55,712 nucleotides of DNA from an uncultured bacterium (GCA_964386785.1 CAYLUD010000002.1:1-55712); one strand, 5' to 3'; counted from the stretch's first letter, positions 10,346 to 20,444 are shown. Translations and numbers: made by a program. The notes: generated from the sequence alone by a model not told the origin.

Positions 10346-10738
10346 ACATCGAGTATACAGGGAGGGGACAAATTTTTGGACTATTTTTTCTCTGCCACTG
10401 GTGAGGGGTAAAGATGGTACAGGTTGCTTGTATAGAGTTTCTGCTGCAGGCCCATCCAATCTGGAAACCATGCAAACTGCGCTATGGAGGCCGCTATACA
10501 CCAAGGAGCGCAATGCCTTTGAATCATTCTCCATCCTAGACAACTCCAACTAATAGATGCTGTAAGCTTTACGCAATCTGTATGCCCTGAAACAACAGGA
10601 TAGAAAGGAAGGTAGGCTAGTGCGGGCACGTACACATGGCATCTTACGAATCGATACAGTTAGCACAAACATCGTACCTTGCACATAAGAATAAGCAAAC
10701 AAATTGCAGTCTATGAAAAATCAACTATACTCAATCGC

Positions 10739-11812
10739 ATGGCTGAAAAAAGCGAAAAGGCTACCCCAAAGAAACTTCGGGATGCTCGAAAAAAGGGACA
10801 GGTAGCCAAATCTCAAGATTTTCCTTCTGCTATCACTTTTGTTGTTGCGCTTGCTTTTACGCTTTATTTAAGTTCCTATTTATACAATAAATTAGCGGGA
10901 TTTCTTGTTGCTTGCTTTAAAGAAGCTCCAAAAACTGACCTTGCTTTCACAGCTCCCATCGTTGTGAAAAACATGCTCATGGTCATTTTAGAAAGCTCGT
11001 TACCGATTGCTATAGTGGTCGCTGCTGTAGGGTTGCTAGTGGGTTTCCTTATTGTAGGTCCCGTGTTCTCAGCAGAGGTCCTCAAACCAGATATTAAACG
11101 GCTCAACGTTGTAGAAAATCTGAAGCAAAAGTTTAAATTACGCACTTGGATTGAGTTACTTAAGTCTATTTTGAAAATATGTGGAGCGGCCTTGCTGATC
11201 TATTTTTTTGTAAAAAAAGACGTCGGACTACTCATCTATACAATTACACAACCTCCATTAGTCGGCTTTATGATTTTTCAAAAAATCGCCATGCGCGTCA
11301 TTCTAGCTGTAGGGATCTATTTTATCATCATTGCGGTTGCCGATCTCATTTACCAACGTCTTCAGTTTGCGAAAGATATGAAGATGGAGAAATTTGACGT
11401 GAAACAAGAATTCAAGGATACTGAGGGAAATCCAGAGATTAAGGGAAAACGGCGTCAATTAGCGCAGGAAATTGCGTATGATCAAGGAGGAATCAACCAA
11501 GTTCGTAAGGCTAAGGCTGTGATTTCCAACCCTCATGATGTGGCTATAGCGATTGGCTATCAACCCAAGCGGTATAAAGCTCCTTGGATTCTTACAATGG
11601 GGACAGGTGAGTTGGCTATCTTGATTATTAAAGAAGCAGAAAAAAGAGGCGTTCCTGTGATGAGGAATGTACCTTTGGCACATGAATTGCTTGATAAGGG
11701 GCAAATCAACCGGTTTGTTCCTGAATCTACTTATGAGGCGATCGGAGAAATTTTATTATATATCGAGTCTTTGGGTGATACATCCGAAGAAAATGAAGAG
11801 GGAATACATTGA
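10739..11812 (+). CDS. sctU: type III secretion export-apparatus switch protein SctU (CdsU/YscU family)
   Basis: MAEKSEKATPKKLRDARKKGQVAKSQD N-terminus typical of the FlhB/YscU family, four TM segments, and a C-terminal autocleavage-domain region. ATG at 10739. Confidence 0.9.
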   Translation: MAEKSEKATPKKLRDARKKGQVAKSQDFPSAITFVVALAFTLYLSSYLYNKLAGFLVACFKEAPKTDLAFTAPIVVKNMLMVILESSLPIAIVVAAVGLLVGFLIVGPVFSAEVLKPDIKRLNVVENLKQKFKLRTWIELLKSILKICGAALLIYFFVKKDVGLLIYTITQPPLVGFMIFQKIAMRVILAVGIYFIIIAVADLIYQRLQFAKDMKMEKFDVKQEFKDTEGNPEIKGKRRQLAQEIAYDQGGINQVRKAKAVISNPHDVAIAIGYQPKRYKAPWILTMGTGELAILIIKEAEKRGVPVMRNVPLAHELLDKGQINRFVPESTYEAIGEILLYIESLGDTSEENEEGIH

Positions 11813-13932
11813 AGGCTCTATTTTACCGATTGTTTGGCAGTGAATCTACTGTCGGATTTATCAATCGATCCAGCGACTTGGTTTTAGCTGGGTGGATGCT
11901 TGCAATCATTATCATGATTGTCTTGCCCGTCCCCCCTCCGGTCATTGATCTGGTCATTACATTTAATCTTACAGCAGCCGTGGCCATTCTTATGGTGGCG
12001 CTTTATATTCCAAGCGCAATTCACCTTTCGATGTTCCCATCTATCCTACTGGTTACCACGATTTTCCGATTAGGGGTTAGCATTGCCACAACACGCCAGA
12101 TTCTCCTAAAAGCGTATGCCGGTGAAATCATTAGCGCTTTTGGAAATTTTGTCGTAGGAGGCAATTATGTGGTGGGGATGGTCATCTTCCTGATTATCAC
12201 TATCGTACAATTTATTGTGGTAACAAAAGGAGCGGAGCGAGTTGCTGAGGTAGCTGCGCGATTTCGCTTAGATGCAATGCCTGGGAAACAAATGGCCATC
12301 GACGCCGACCTACGAGCCGGGGTGCTAGATGCCAACCAGGCTAGAGAAAAAAGAGCGATGATCCAGAAAGAAAGCGAGTTATACGGAGCCATGGATGGGG
12401 CCATGAAATTCGTGAAGGGCGATGTGATTGCTAGCATTGTAATCGCCTTCGTCAATATCGTAGGAGGTCTGATTATTGGAGTAGGCATGCACAAAATGAG
12501 CCTGGGTCAGGCTGCTCGTGTCTATACTATTCTCTCGATTGGTGATGGATTAGTAGCCCAAATCCCCTCTCTCATCATCTCATTGACTGCCGGTTTAGTG
12601 ACTACCAGAATCTCTAGCGATCGTAAAGATGCCAATTTAGGAAGAGAGATTGCTGGACAACTATTAAAAGAGCCTCGGGCGATTTTTATTGCCTCAGGTG
12701 CCGTTTTTGGTTTGGGTTTCCTAAAAGGATTTCCACTCTGGAGTTTTTCGTTATTAGCCCTTGGTCTGCTCATCGCTGGCATAGCGATATATCGAATGAA
12801 AAAACAAGAAGCTGCAAAAGGATTGTCCGCCCCCGCTATAGGTACAGCCACGGATTCGGAGGGGCATTCCGTTGTTGCGGGGGGGGTTGATAATTTTGCA
12901 CTCACCCTGCCAGTCATTCTAGAATTAGGTAAATACCTTTCTCAAATAGTAAAAACGAAAAGTAAGGGTGCAACGCGCTTGATGGAAGACTTAATTCCTA
13001 AAATGAGAGCGGCTCTCTACCAAGATATGGGCATTCGTTATCCTGGGGTCCACGTGACAACGGACTCTACCACATTAAGCTACGCTGAATATGCCATCCT
13101 TCTGAATGAAGTACCCGTGATTCGAGGCAAAGTATTAGAACAACACGTACTAACAAACGAAATAGAGCAAAATTTGCAGCGATACAATATTCCTTTTGTT
13201 GTACAAAAAGGAGCGTTTGGACTCCCCTCTGTTTGGGTGAACGAAAGTTTTATTCCCATTTTAGACAAGGCAGCGATTAAGTATTGGAAACCACTAGAAG
13301 TGGCAATTTTACATCTCTCCTATTTTTTTCGACAAACAGCACAAGAGTTTCTTGGAATTCAAGAAATGCGTGCGATGCTCGAGTTTATGGAACGGTCATT
13401 TCCCGATCTTGTGAAAGAGGTCACGAGGCTTGTGCCCCTACAGAAGCTCACGGAAATTTTTCGTCGACTGGTGCAAGAACAAATTTCGATTAAAGATTTG
13501 AGAACCATTATGGAAGCCCTATCCGAATGGGCTCAAACAGAAAAAGACACCGTACTTCTTACTGAATATGTCCGTTCTTCTTTAAAACGTTACATCACCA
13601 ATAAATATTCGCAAGGCAAGTCTACCATCTCAGTGTATCTTTTGGATCCAGAAATTGAAGAAATCGTACGTGGAGCAGTAAAACAAACTTCTGCAGGTTC
13701 TTATCTTGCCCTAGATCCAGATTCTATCAACCGCATTATGCGTTCTATGAGACAAACGATCGTTCCTATACCACCTGGGGGTCAGCCCGCGGTAGTACTC
13801 ACCGCCATCGATGTCCGACGCTTTGTGAAGAAGCTCATTGAAAGTGAATACCCAGATATTGCAGTAATCTCCTATCAAGAGATTTTACCTGAAGTCAGAA
13901 TTCAACCTTTAGGTAGGATCCAGTTGGGATAG
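11809..13932 (+). CDS. sctV: type III secretion export gate SctV (CdsV/LcrD family)
   Basis: 707 aa. FHIPEP-type N-terminal membrane domain (RFRLDAMPGKQMAIDADL, KFVKGD) and a large cytoplasmic C-domain. TTG start overlaps the sctU stop (TTGA). Confidence 0.95.
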   Translation: MKALFYRLFGSESTVGFINRSSDLVLAGWMLAIIIMIVLPVPPPVIDLVITFNLTAAVAILMVALYIPSAIHLSMFPSILLVTTIFRLGVSIATTRQILLKAYAGEIISAFGNFVVGGNYVVGMVIFLIITIVQFIVVTKGAERVAEVAARFRLDAMPGKQMAIDADLRAGVLDANQAREKRAMIQKESELYGAMDGAMKFVKGDVIASIVIAFVNIVGGLIIGVGMHKMSLGQAARVYTILSIGDGLVAQIPSLIISLTAGLVTTRISSDRKDANLGREIAGQLLKEPRAIFIASGAVFGLGFLKGFPLWSFSLLALGLLIAGIAIYRMKKQEAAKGLSAPAIGTATDSEGHSVVAGGVDNFALTLPVILELGKYLSQIVKTKSKGATRLMEDLIPKMRAALYQDMGIRYPGVHVTTDSTTLSYAEYAILLNEVPVIRGKVLEQHVLTNEIEQNLQRYNIPFVVQKGAFGLPSVWVNESFIPILDKAAIKYWKPLEVAILHLSYFFRQTAQEFLGIQEMRAMLEFMERSFPDLVKEVTRLVPLQKLTEIFRRLVQEQISIKDLRTIMEALSEWAQTEKDTVLLTEYVRSSLKRYITNKYSQGKSTISVYLLDPEIEEIVRGAVKQTSAGSYLALDPDSINRIMRSMRQTIVPIPPGGQPAVVLTAIDVRRFVKKLIESEYPDIAVISYQEILPEVRIQPLGRIQLG

Positions 13933-13954
13933 CAAGAGGGAAGAGGGGGGGGTA

Positions 13955-15100
13955 ATGTCGGAACCAGTGGAATCGTTGGCGCAAATTCAACAGCAAGCGG
14001 CCCAGCGTATTGCTAAAGAAGAAGAGATTGAGCAACTCGAGGTCGAAGATGGCATGGCGGAATTGGCTCAGGATCCTACAGAAAATACGGCAGCCTCAGA
14101 GCGAGCGCAACAACGACACGCTCGTAATAAAAACCTAGAGGCTCGAAAATGGTCGAAAGCCGAGTCGGGACAGGACTCTAGTCCCCATATTATTGGATTA
14201 GAAGAACGACAAGAAGAAGATGTCGCGCATTATTTCCAAGAGCGAAACCCGGAATTGCCCGCTGACAGGTTGCTGGCGCTCAAAAAAAAACTCTCTCCTT
14301 CTCTCTCCTCTCAAGAGATTCAAGAACAAGTCGTTTCATTTTTTTCAGACCCAGCACTAGCGGATGATGCGTTTGCATATCTGATTCAGATATCTCAACC
14401 CCCTTTAAAAGAGCTGATTCAGGAAGCCAAAACGTCCTTTTTTGCAGCACACCAGCGTGAAATTATTGGTGGTAAAAACATTACTGAAATTGCGCGGGAC
14501 TTCGTTACAGAGGGACTAGCACCATCACCTACTCCATTGCGAGCCCTCTATGCCAATGTGACAGGAATTGAGCGCCCACATAACGATTTATTCGAGTTTT
14601 TATCTAAACAGTATTCATTTCATCAGCTCCAACCCACAGTTGCCTTTTTGTTACAATCCATTTCCTATGAGCTAAAATCTGAGGGCCCTTCTATTGAAAA
14701 AGAAAAATTATTACGTCTGATGCAAGGCGTGAAAGACCTAGAGTCCATTCTAGCGATCTACATGCATTTTCAGGATAGTATTCCTCTCATGCGGCGTCAA
14801 TATGCTGAGCTAGGCGCTTCGTACCCCGAGAATATTCAATTTGAAATCTTGACAAAAGCTTTTATGAATATAGTCTACGATCGATATCCGACAAAAGATA
14901 AGGTAATGAAGGCTGTCGAACAACTAGGTATTGGAACAGACCCAGAAAAAGTCATCTTTCTTTCACGATTTCGAGATGCAATACGAAATGTTTCGCCGCG
15001 TCTTTACCAAAATAACGACCATCCTCAGAAATTAAATCTTGCGTTCATTTCTGCTTTGGAGCAATTAGAGGAAGAGGATCGAGAAGATCAAATCAAATAA
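13955..15100 (+). CDS. T3SS gatekeeper, CopN/SctW-like
   Basis: 381 aa in the position occupied by copN directly after sctV in Chlamydia. Acidic N-terminus and helical C-terminal two thirds. Assignment rests mainly on synteny. Confidence 0.6.
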   Translation: MSEPVESLAQIQQQAAQRIAKEEEIEQLEVEDGMAELAQDPTENTAASERAQQRHARNKNLEARKWSKAESGQDSSPHIIGLEERQEEDVAHYFQERNPELPADRLLALKKKLSPSLSSQEIQEQVVSFFSDPALADDAFAYLIQISQPPLKELIQEAKTSFFAAHQREIIGGKNITEIARDFVTEGLAPSPTPLRALYANVTGIERPHNDLFEFLSKQYSFHQLQPTVAFLLQSISYELKSEGPSIEKEKLLRLMQGVKDLESILAIYMHFQDSIPLMRRQYAELGASYPENIQFEILTKAFMNIVYDRYPTKDKVMKAVEQLGIGTDPEKVIFLSRFRDAIRNVSPRLYQNNDHPQKLNLAFISALEQLEEEDREDQIK

Positions 15101-15108
15101 GGGCTTAC

Positions 15109-15573
15109 ATGACAACATACGATGCCTTATTATCTGATTGGGGAAAGCTTGTCGGGCTCTCTCTGCATTTAAGATCCAAGCCTGTTTGTTGTGTGCGTAT
15201 TCCGAATGGTTTAGAACTACACCTCGATTTAGATCAGGAACAAGATCAGCTCGTTCTTAGTATTCCTTTAGGTACAGTACCCTTAGGAACCTATGCTGAC
15301 GAATTATTCTGTGCCGCTCTAATACATAATGGGATATCCAAGCGCCCCTTAGGAATTCTGTCTTATAGTGATGTGCTGCATTCTTTTTTACTCCACGAAC
15401 AACTACCCTTAGCAACTTGTTCTGCAGAACTCCTTCAAGAGCGAATCGAGATCGTATCCTCAACTGCTACCCTATGGAAAAATGCCATAGCACAACAAAT
15501 AGTTCCTGCTATAGATGAGGCAGCAGCCCATCCCTCTCCCCTTCAACTCTATCCCCAGAGGCAAGCGACTTAA
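15109..15573 (+). CDS. CesT/SycE-like class I type III secretion chaperone (Scc1-position homolog)
   Basis: 154 aa, small and acidic. The LLSDWGKLVGL...VCCVRIPNGLELHLDLD...LVLSIPLG pattern is typical of CesT-type chaperones. Located after the copN-like gene, as in Chlamydia. Confidence 0.6.
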   Translation: MTTYDALLSDWGKLVGLSLHLRSKPVCCVRIPNGLELHLDLDQEQDQLVLSIPLGTVPLGTYADELFCAALIHNGISKRPLGILSYSDVLHSFLLHEQLPLATCSAELLQERIEIVSSTATLWKNAIAQQIVPAIDEAAAHPSPLQLYPQRQAT

Positions 15574-17159
15574 TGAAAAAAGAAGATCTACTCAAGAGTC
15601 CTCTTCAAGCCGCTTGGCAAGCGGTAGGCATCCAGGATCACCATGGTATTGTGGTACCTTTATTTTCCTTACACTCTAAGAACAGCTGCGGAATTGGAGA
15701 ATACCTCGATCTCTTACCCCTAATAGATTGGTGCCAGGGTTGTGGGTTTGATGTCATCCAATTACTACCCCTCAATGATGTAGGGCTGGGAACCAGTCCT
15801 TATGATGCCATCTCTGCCTTTGCATTAAACCCAACCTATCTTTCTCTGAAAGATCTTCCTTATTTAGATCGAATACCCAATGCAGAAGAGCGACTACATA
15901 AAATTGCGTACTGGACACAGACGGATCGCGTAAAACACCATATTGTTAGGGAATTAAAACAGGTATTCTTACGGGAATACGTCGCTCAAGTTGGGCCTCT
16001 GTTATTGGAAGATGGTGCAGTTGCTCGATTTGCAGAGGAGCAGTCTTTTTGGTTACCTGCTTACTGTTTATTCAAATCATTAAAAGAATTTCATTATTGG
16101 AAAAAATGGGAAGAATGGCCTGAAGAACATCGATCCCAAGAAGGACTCTTGGCTTTGCTTCAGCAACCCAGTTGGGCTGAGGCGATACAGTTTCATCAAC
16201 TACTCCAATTTCTTTGCTTTCAACAACTTTCTTATGTAAAAAAAGTATCCGAAGAAAAAAAAGTCCTATTAAAAGGCGACCTTCCCATACTGATTAATAA
16301 AGAAAGTGCCGATGTGTGGTTCTTTCGTAATCTATTCCAATGTGACTACTCAGCTGGGGCTCCTCCAGATATGTATTCTCCGGAAGGGCAAGATTGGGGC
16401 TTTCCTATTTATAACTGGAAGGCCCTCGAAGAAAGTCAGTATACCTGGTGGAAAGAACGGATTCGATATGCCGCTTCTTTTTACCACCTATATCGGCTTG
16501 ATCATATTGTTGGTTTTTTCCGAATTTGGTCTATGAAACAAGGCCAACATGCACAAGAAGGCCATTTTATTCCTTCTAGCGATGAAGAAAGCGTCAGAGC
16601 TGGGAAACAACACCTCTCTCAAATCATAGCAGGATCTACGATATTGCCTATTGGAGAAGATCTAGGCTCTGTTCCCCCATATGTACGAAGCACTCTGACA
16701 GAATTAGGTATTTGTGGAACAAAAGTTATGCGATGGGAGCGCCATTATGATACAGATGGTAGCTTCATTCCAGTAGATCAGTATCCTATTTGTAGTATGA
16801 CTACCGTTTCTACCCATGATTCTGATCTTCTGCGGGGATGGTGGACCCATGCTCCAAAAGATGCGCATCTGTTTGCTATGTCGAAAGGCTGGTTGTACCT
16901 GCCCTTTCTTTCTTCGGAACACCACTTTGATATCCTACAAGACAGCCATCGATCGGGTTCTATTTTTCATATCAATTTATTACAGGAATACCTGTCTTTA
17001 ATACCTGAATTGGCCGGCTCTCCCCATCAAGAACGAATCAATATTCCAGGAAAGGTGTTAGATTCTAACTGGACCTATCGTTGTCCCATTTCTATAGAAG
17101 GATTAGCAGATCACGATATGTTGAGAATGAAAATTAAACAAATTTTAAAAAAGGATTAG
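15573..17159 (+). CDS. malQ: 4-alpha-glucanotransferase (amylomaltase)
   Basis: 528 aa of GH77 type: GIGEYLDLLPLIDW, SPYDAISAFALNP, YRLDHIVGFFRIW, GEDLG, THD. Confidence 0.9.
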   Translation: MKKEDLLKSPLQAAWQAVGIQDHHGIVVPLFSLHSKNSCGIGEYLDLLPLIDWCQGCGFDVIQLLPLNDVGLGTSPYDAISAFALNPTYLSLKDLPYLDRIPNAEERLHKIAYWTQTDRVKHHIVRELKQVFLREYVAQVGPLLLEDGAVARFAEEQSFWLPAYCLFKSLKEFHYWKKWEEWPEEHRSQEGLLALLQQPSWAEAIQFHQLLQFLCFQQLSYVKKVSEEKKVLLKGDLPILINKESADVWFFRNLFQCDYSAGAPPDMYSPEGQDWGFPIYNWKALEESQYTWWKERIRYAASFYHLYRLDHIVGFFRIWSMKQGQHAQEGHFIPSSDEESVRAGKQHLSQIIAGSTILPIGEDLGSVPPYVRSTLTELGICGTKVMRWERHYDTDGSFIPVDQYPICSMTTVSTHDSDLLRGWWTHAPKDAHLFAMSKGWLYLPFLSSEHHFDILQDSHRSGSIFHINLLQEYLSLIPELAGSPHQERINIPGKVLDSNWTYRCPISIEGLADHDMLRMKIKQILKKD

Positions 17160-17160
17160 T

Positions 17161-17667
17161 ATGGACATTCAACAAGAACAGCTAAATCTAGAAGTTGAAC
17201 TGTTGCTTACACAATTGCTTGTTCCTACCCCTAAAGCAATTCTTGGATCCTTAGCTACTCAAAAAAATGAATTGTTGGCATTAAAACAGAGAATTCAGAA
17301 TCTTCCCCCTGAAGTCAGTCAAAGTTTATTGAATGATATTCTTTCTGTGTCTCGCTATCCACATCAAGTCGTGCTATTTAATGATCAAAATACAAAACGC
17401 ATTGTAAATACTCATGTAGGCATGGGTCATCTTTACGCTCTGACTCTAGCCTTCCTATCCAATCCTCTGAAAAAAGACATTCCTGTTAATGCTCTAAAGA
17501 ACAATCAGGCCACCATTTTAGATTTCACAAAAAAAGAGTACTTATCCCCAAAAGAAGGGATTGAATTCATGATCTTAGTATTGAATATGACAAAATCTCT
17601 GATACAAATCCTAGAAACCTATGCTCTAGAATGCCCGATCCCTGAAAGCTCATTTCAGAAAAATTAA
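17161..17667 (+). CDS. hypothetical protein
   Basis: 168-aa ORF starting 2 nt after the malQ stop. No recognisable motif. Its stop overlaps the fabG stop on the opposite strand (TTAA). Confidence 0.5.
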   Translation: MDIQQEQLNLEVELLLTQLLVPTPKAILGSLATQKNELLALKQRIQNLPPEVSQSLLNDILSVSRYPHQVVLFNDQNTKRIVNTHVGMGHLYALTLAFLSNPLKKDIPVNALKNNQATILDFTKKEYLSPKEGIEFMILVLNMTKSLIQILETYALECPIPESSFQKN

Positions 17668-18407
17668 TGCATCGTCAGGCCGCCGTCTACAGCAAATACC
17701 TGACCTGTAATATAGGCTGCCATGGGGGTTGCTAAAAAAAGAGCGAGTTGCGCTACGTCTTCCACAGATCCGAAGCGCCCTAACGGAATTCGAGAAAGAA
17801 ATGCCTGCTTGTGCTCTGGTGTCAGGGCATCTGTCATGTCACTTTGAATAAAACCTGGAGCTATGCAGTTGACAGTAATCCCCCTAGAACCTACTTCTTG
17901 CGCTAAAGATTTAGAAAAGCCAATCATACCCGCTTTCGCAGCTGCATAATTGGTTTGTCCAGCATTCCCTATCAGTCCTACCACGGAAGAAATATTAATG
18001 ATTCTACCCTGCCTCGCCTTTAACATCGGACGAACCAATGTCTTACAAAGATAAAAGATCGAGGATAGATTTGTAGTGATGACCTGATCCCAATCACGAG
18101 CCGATAATTTCATTAATAGCTGATCCCGAGTAATTCCAGCGTTATTCACTACAATATCCACACGCCCGTGTTCTTCTAACACGCTCTCACCAAATTGCAC
18201 CACTGCTTCAGGCGTAGAGAGGTCTACTTGACGGAAACAACTTTCTGCGGTGACCTTACGAAGTTCATCTGCAACCTTCTCACCCAATTCTTTATTAGTA
18301 CCACAAATCACTACACGAGCACCCTGTGAAGCAAGAGCCAAAGCAATCGCTTTGCCAATTCCTCGAGTTCCTCCTGTCACAATTGCCACTTGGTCTTGTA
18401 ACATCAT
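17664..18407 (-). CDS. fabG: 3-oxoacyl-ACP reductase
   Basis: 247 aa SDR with TGGTRGIGKAIA, NNAG and the YAAAKAG catalytic motif. Confidence 0.93.
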   Translation of the reverse strand: MMLQDQVAIVTGGTRGIGKAIALALASQGARVVICGTNKELGEKVADELRKVTAESCFRQVDLSTPEAVVQFGESVLEEHGRVDIVVNNAGITRDQLLMKLSARDWDQVITTNLSSIFYLCKTLVRPMLKARQGRIINISSVVGLIGNAGQTNYAAAKAGMIGFSKSLAQEVGSRGITVNCIAPGFIQSDMTDALTPEHKQAFLSRIPLGRFGSVEDVAQLALFLATPMAAYITGQVFAVDGGLTMH

Positions 18408-18419
18408 ATGCGGCTCCTT

Positions 18420-19343
18420 TTATAAGGCTGCTGCCAAGGTTTCTAAATCTTTCGGCTCATTAATGGTGATGATAGGCTTACCCGGTAGGATTTTGCGATG
18501 CAACCCCGTTAGCACAGAGCCCGACCCAATCTCAATAAACACATCGGCATCACGGAGAGCCTCCATCGAAGCTGTCCATAACACAGGAGCGGTAATCTGC
18601 TTCTTTAGGGCTTTCAGAATTGCATCTTTTGTCGTATGCATTTGGCCTGTAGCATTCGATACAATCGGAACGCCTTGAGAGTGGAATGGAGCTTCGTCTA
18701 TGCGCGCTGCAACGGCCTCTTCTGCTGACTGCATCAGTCCGCTATGAAACGCCCCTTGCACTTCTAGAGGAATGACCCGTTTTGCTCCCTTTTCTTTAGC
18801 TAAAGCCGAGCCTCGTTGGATAGCATCTCTAGTACCAGATAGCACAATTTGACCTGGTGAATTAATATTAGCAGCCCAAAGTCCTTGACCAATTTCATCC
18901 ACAACTTCCAACACAACTGGTATGCTTAATCCTAATACAGCAGCCATACCACCAGGATGCTCTCGACAGGCTTTGCCCATAGACTCAGAACGAAATGTGA
19001 CAAGATCTAAGGCTGCATGCAGAGATATCCACTCTCCTGCTACTAGCGCTGTATATTCACCTAAACTGTGCCCTGCACAGGCAAATGGTTTCATACTAGG
19101 AAATTGAGAACGCAACACACTGACCATAGCAAGACTTGTAGCATAAAGCCCCGGTTGGCTATTGATAGTTAACTTTAAATCAGCTTCATCTCCTTCAAAG
19201 AGTAGTCGAGAAAGTGGTCTAGCTAACCATTCATCAACCTCCTCAAACACCTCTCGTGCAACAGCGAAGTCATCAAAAAATAACTTGCCCATCCCCACTG
19301 ATTGAGAACCTTGCCCAGGAAAAAGCCACACTATTTTTTTCAT
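18420..19343 (-). CDS. fabD: malonyl-CoA:ACP transacylase
   Basis: 307 aa with LFPGQGSQSVGMG and the GHSLGEY active-site motif. Confidence 0.93.
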   Translation of the reverse strand: MKKIVWLFPGQGSQSVGMGKLFFDDFAVAREVFEEVDEWLARPLSRLLFEGDEADLKLTINSQPGLYATSLAMVSVLRSQFPSMKPFACAGHSLGEYTALVAGEWISLHAALDLVTFRSESMGKACREHPGGMAAVLGLSIPVVLEVVDEIGQGLWAANINSPGQIVLSGTRDAIQRGSALAKEKGAKRVIPLEVQGAFHSGLMQSAEEAVAARIDEAPFHSQGVPIVSNATGQMHTTKDAILKALKKQITAPVLWTASMEALRDADVFIEIGSGSVLTGLHRKILPGKPIITINEPKDLETLAAAL

Positions 19344-20341
19344 GTTTTATCCTCTGCCTGCTGAGTTAAGAGAACTGCCCCCCAGGTAAATCCAGCTCCA
19401 AAGGCAACAAGTAATAGATGATCCCCTTCCTTGATTTGCCCACTGGCATACAGTTCATATAAGGCAATGCCCAGTCCAGATGCAGAGGTATTTCCATATT
19501 TATGCAAGGTCTTTACCACGCATTGCGGGTCAATATTGAATCGTTTGCCCATCGCATCGATAATCCGCTCATTGGCCTGATGAGGGATGAGCCAGTTAAT
19601 AGAAGATTGTTCCAGCTCCGCCTTCTGCAAACAAGTTTTTGCTGCCTGTTCCATCCTGCGAACAGCATGTTTAAATACCTCTTGTCCTTCCATTTTGATA
19701 TAATGTTGCCGCTCGGAGACTGTGGTGGCGGAGGCGGGCAATCTAGCTCCACCAGCAGGTATGCGCAGCAGCTCAGCTACCCCCCCGTCACTGCCAAGAG
19801 AGGTTTCCCCAAGTAGCAACCCATCCCCACAATCACTAACCCAGGCAGCTGCTGCCCCATCTCCAAATAAGACACAAGTGGCACGGTCTTGATAATCAAC
19901 TATAGAAGATAATTTTTCCGTCGCGACTACTAAAATATTGTGATAAAGACCCGACGCAATATAAGCCTTCGCTATTTCCAATCCATATAAGAATCCAGTA
20001 CATGCCGCTTGAATATCTAGAGCTGGGATTGAGGGAGCATCTAATAAATGCTGAATCAACGCGGCCGTGCTAGGAAAGATATAATCTGGTGTTGAGGTTG
20101 CTACGATAATCAGATCCAGTTGTTCTATAGATCTTCCAGATCGTTTCAGAGCTTCGCGTGCTGCCGCAGCTCCCATTGTAGATGGAAATTCATCCTGAGC
20201 CGCAATACGGCGCTCCCGAATCCCCGTGCGCGAAACGATCCACTCATCACTCGTCTCAACGATCTGCTCTAATTCTGCATTAGCTAAGGTGCGTTCAGGT
20301 AGCCAAGCTCCTAAGCCAACAATTCGCGCCTTGTTTTTCAT
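19340..20341 (-). CDS. fabH: 3-oxoacyl-ACP synthase III
   Basis: 333 aa with AACTGF (active Cys), HQAN and GNTSA motifs. Overlaps the fabD start by 4 nt. Confidence 0.93.
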   Translation of the reverse strand: MKNKARIVGLGAWLPERTLANAELEQIVETSDEWIVSRTGIRERRIAAQDEFPSTMGAAAAREALKRSGRSIEQLDLIIVATSTPDYIFPSTAALIQHLLDAPSIPALDIQAACTGFLYGLEIAKAYIASGLYHNILVVATEKLSSIVDYQDRATCVLFGDGAAAAWVSDCGDGLLLGETSLGSDGGVAELLRIPAGGARLPASATTVSERQHYIKMEGQEVFKHAVRRMEQAAKTCLQKAELEQSSINWLIPHQANERIIDAMGKRFNIDPQCVVKTLHKYGNTSASGLGIALYELYASGQIKEGDHLLLVAFGAGFTWGAVLLTQQAEDKT

Positions 20342-20444
20342 AACAAGAAGGTTATCAGAGAGATTTTTTATCAGCAGCTATAAAATATATTTCACCTAGG
20401 ATTCTAGATTGCGAGAAAGGGAATAAGAATGCCAACATACCATT

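Noticed and set aside
10346-10549. 68-codon N-terminal extension of ychF in the track ORF
   Set aside because: The YchF P-loop (GIVGLPNVGKT) normally lies within about 10 residues of the N-terminus. The extension has no counterpart in the family. The ATG at 10345 gives a canonical 364-aa protein.
10679-10738. 20-codon extension of sctU
   Set aside because: FlhB/YscU-family proteins begin with the M-(A/S)-E-K-(T/S)-E-x-(A/P)-T-x-K-(K/R) segment, which starts at the ATG at 10739.
18250-18678. 142-aa plus-strand ORF spanning the fabG/fabD junction
   Set aside because: It is antisense to two strongly supported fab genes and has no motifs.
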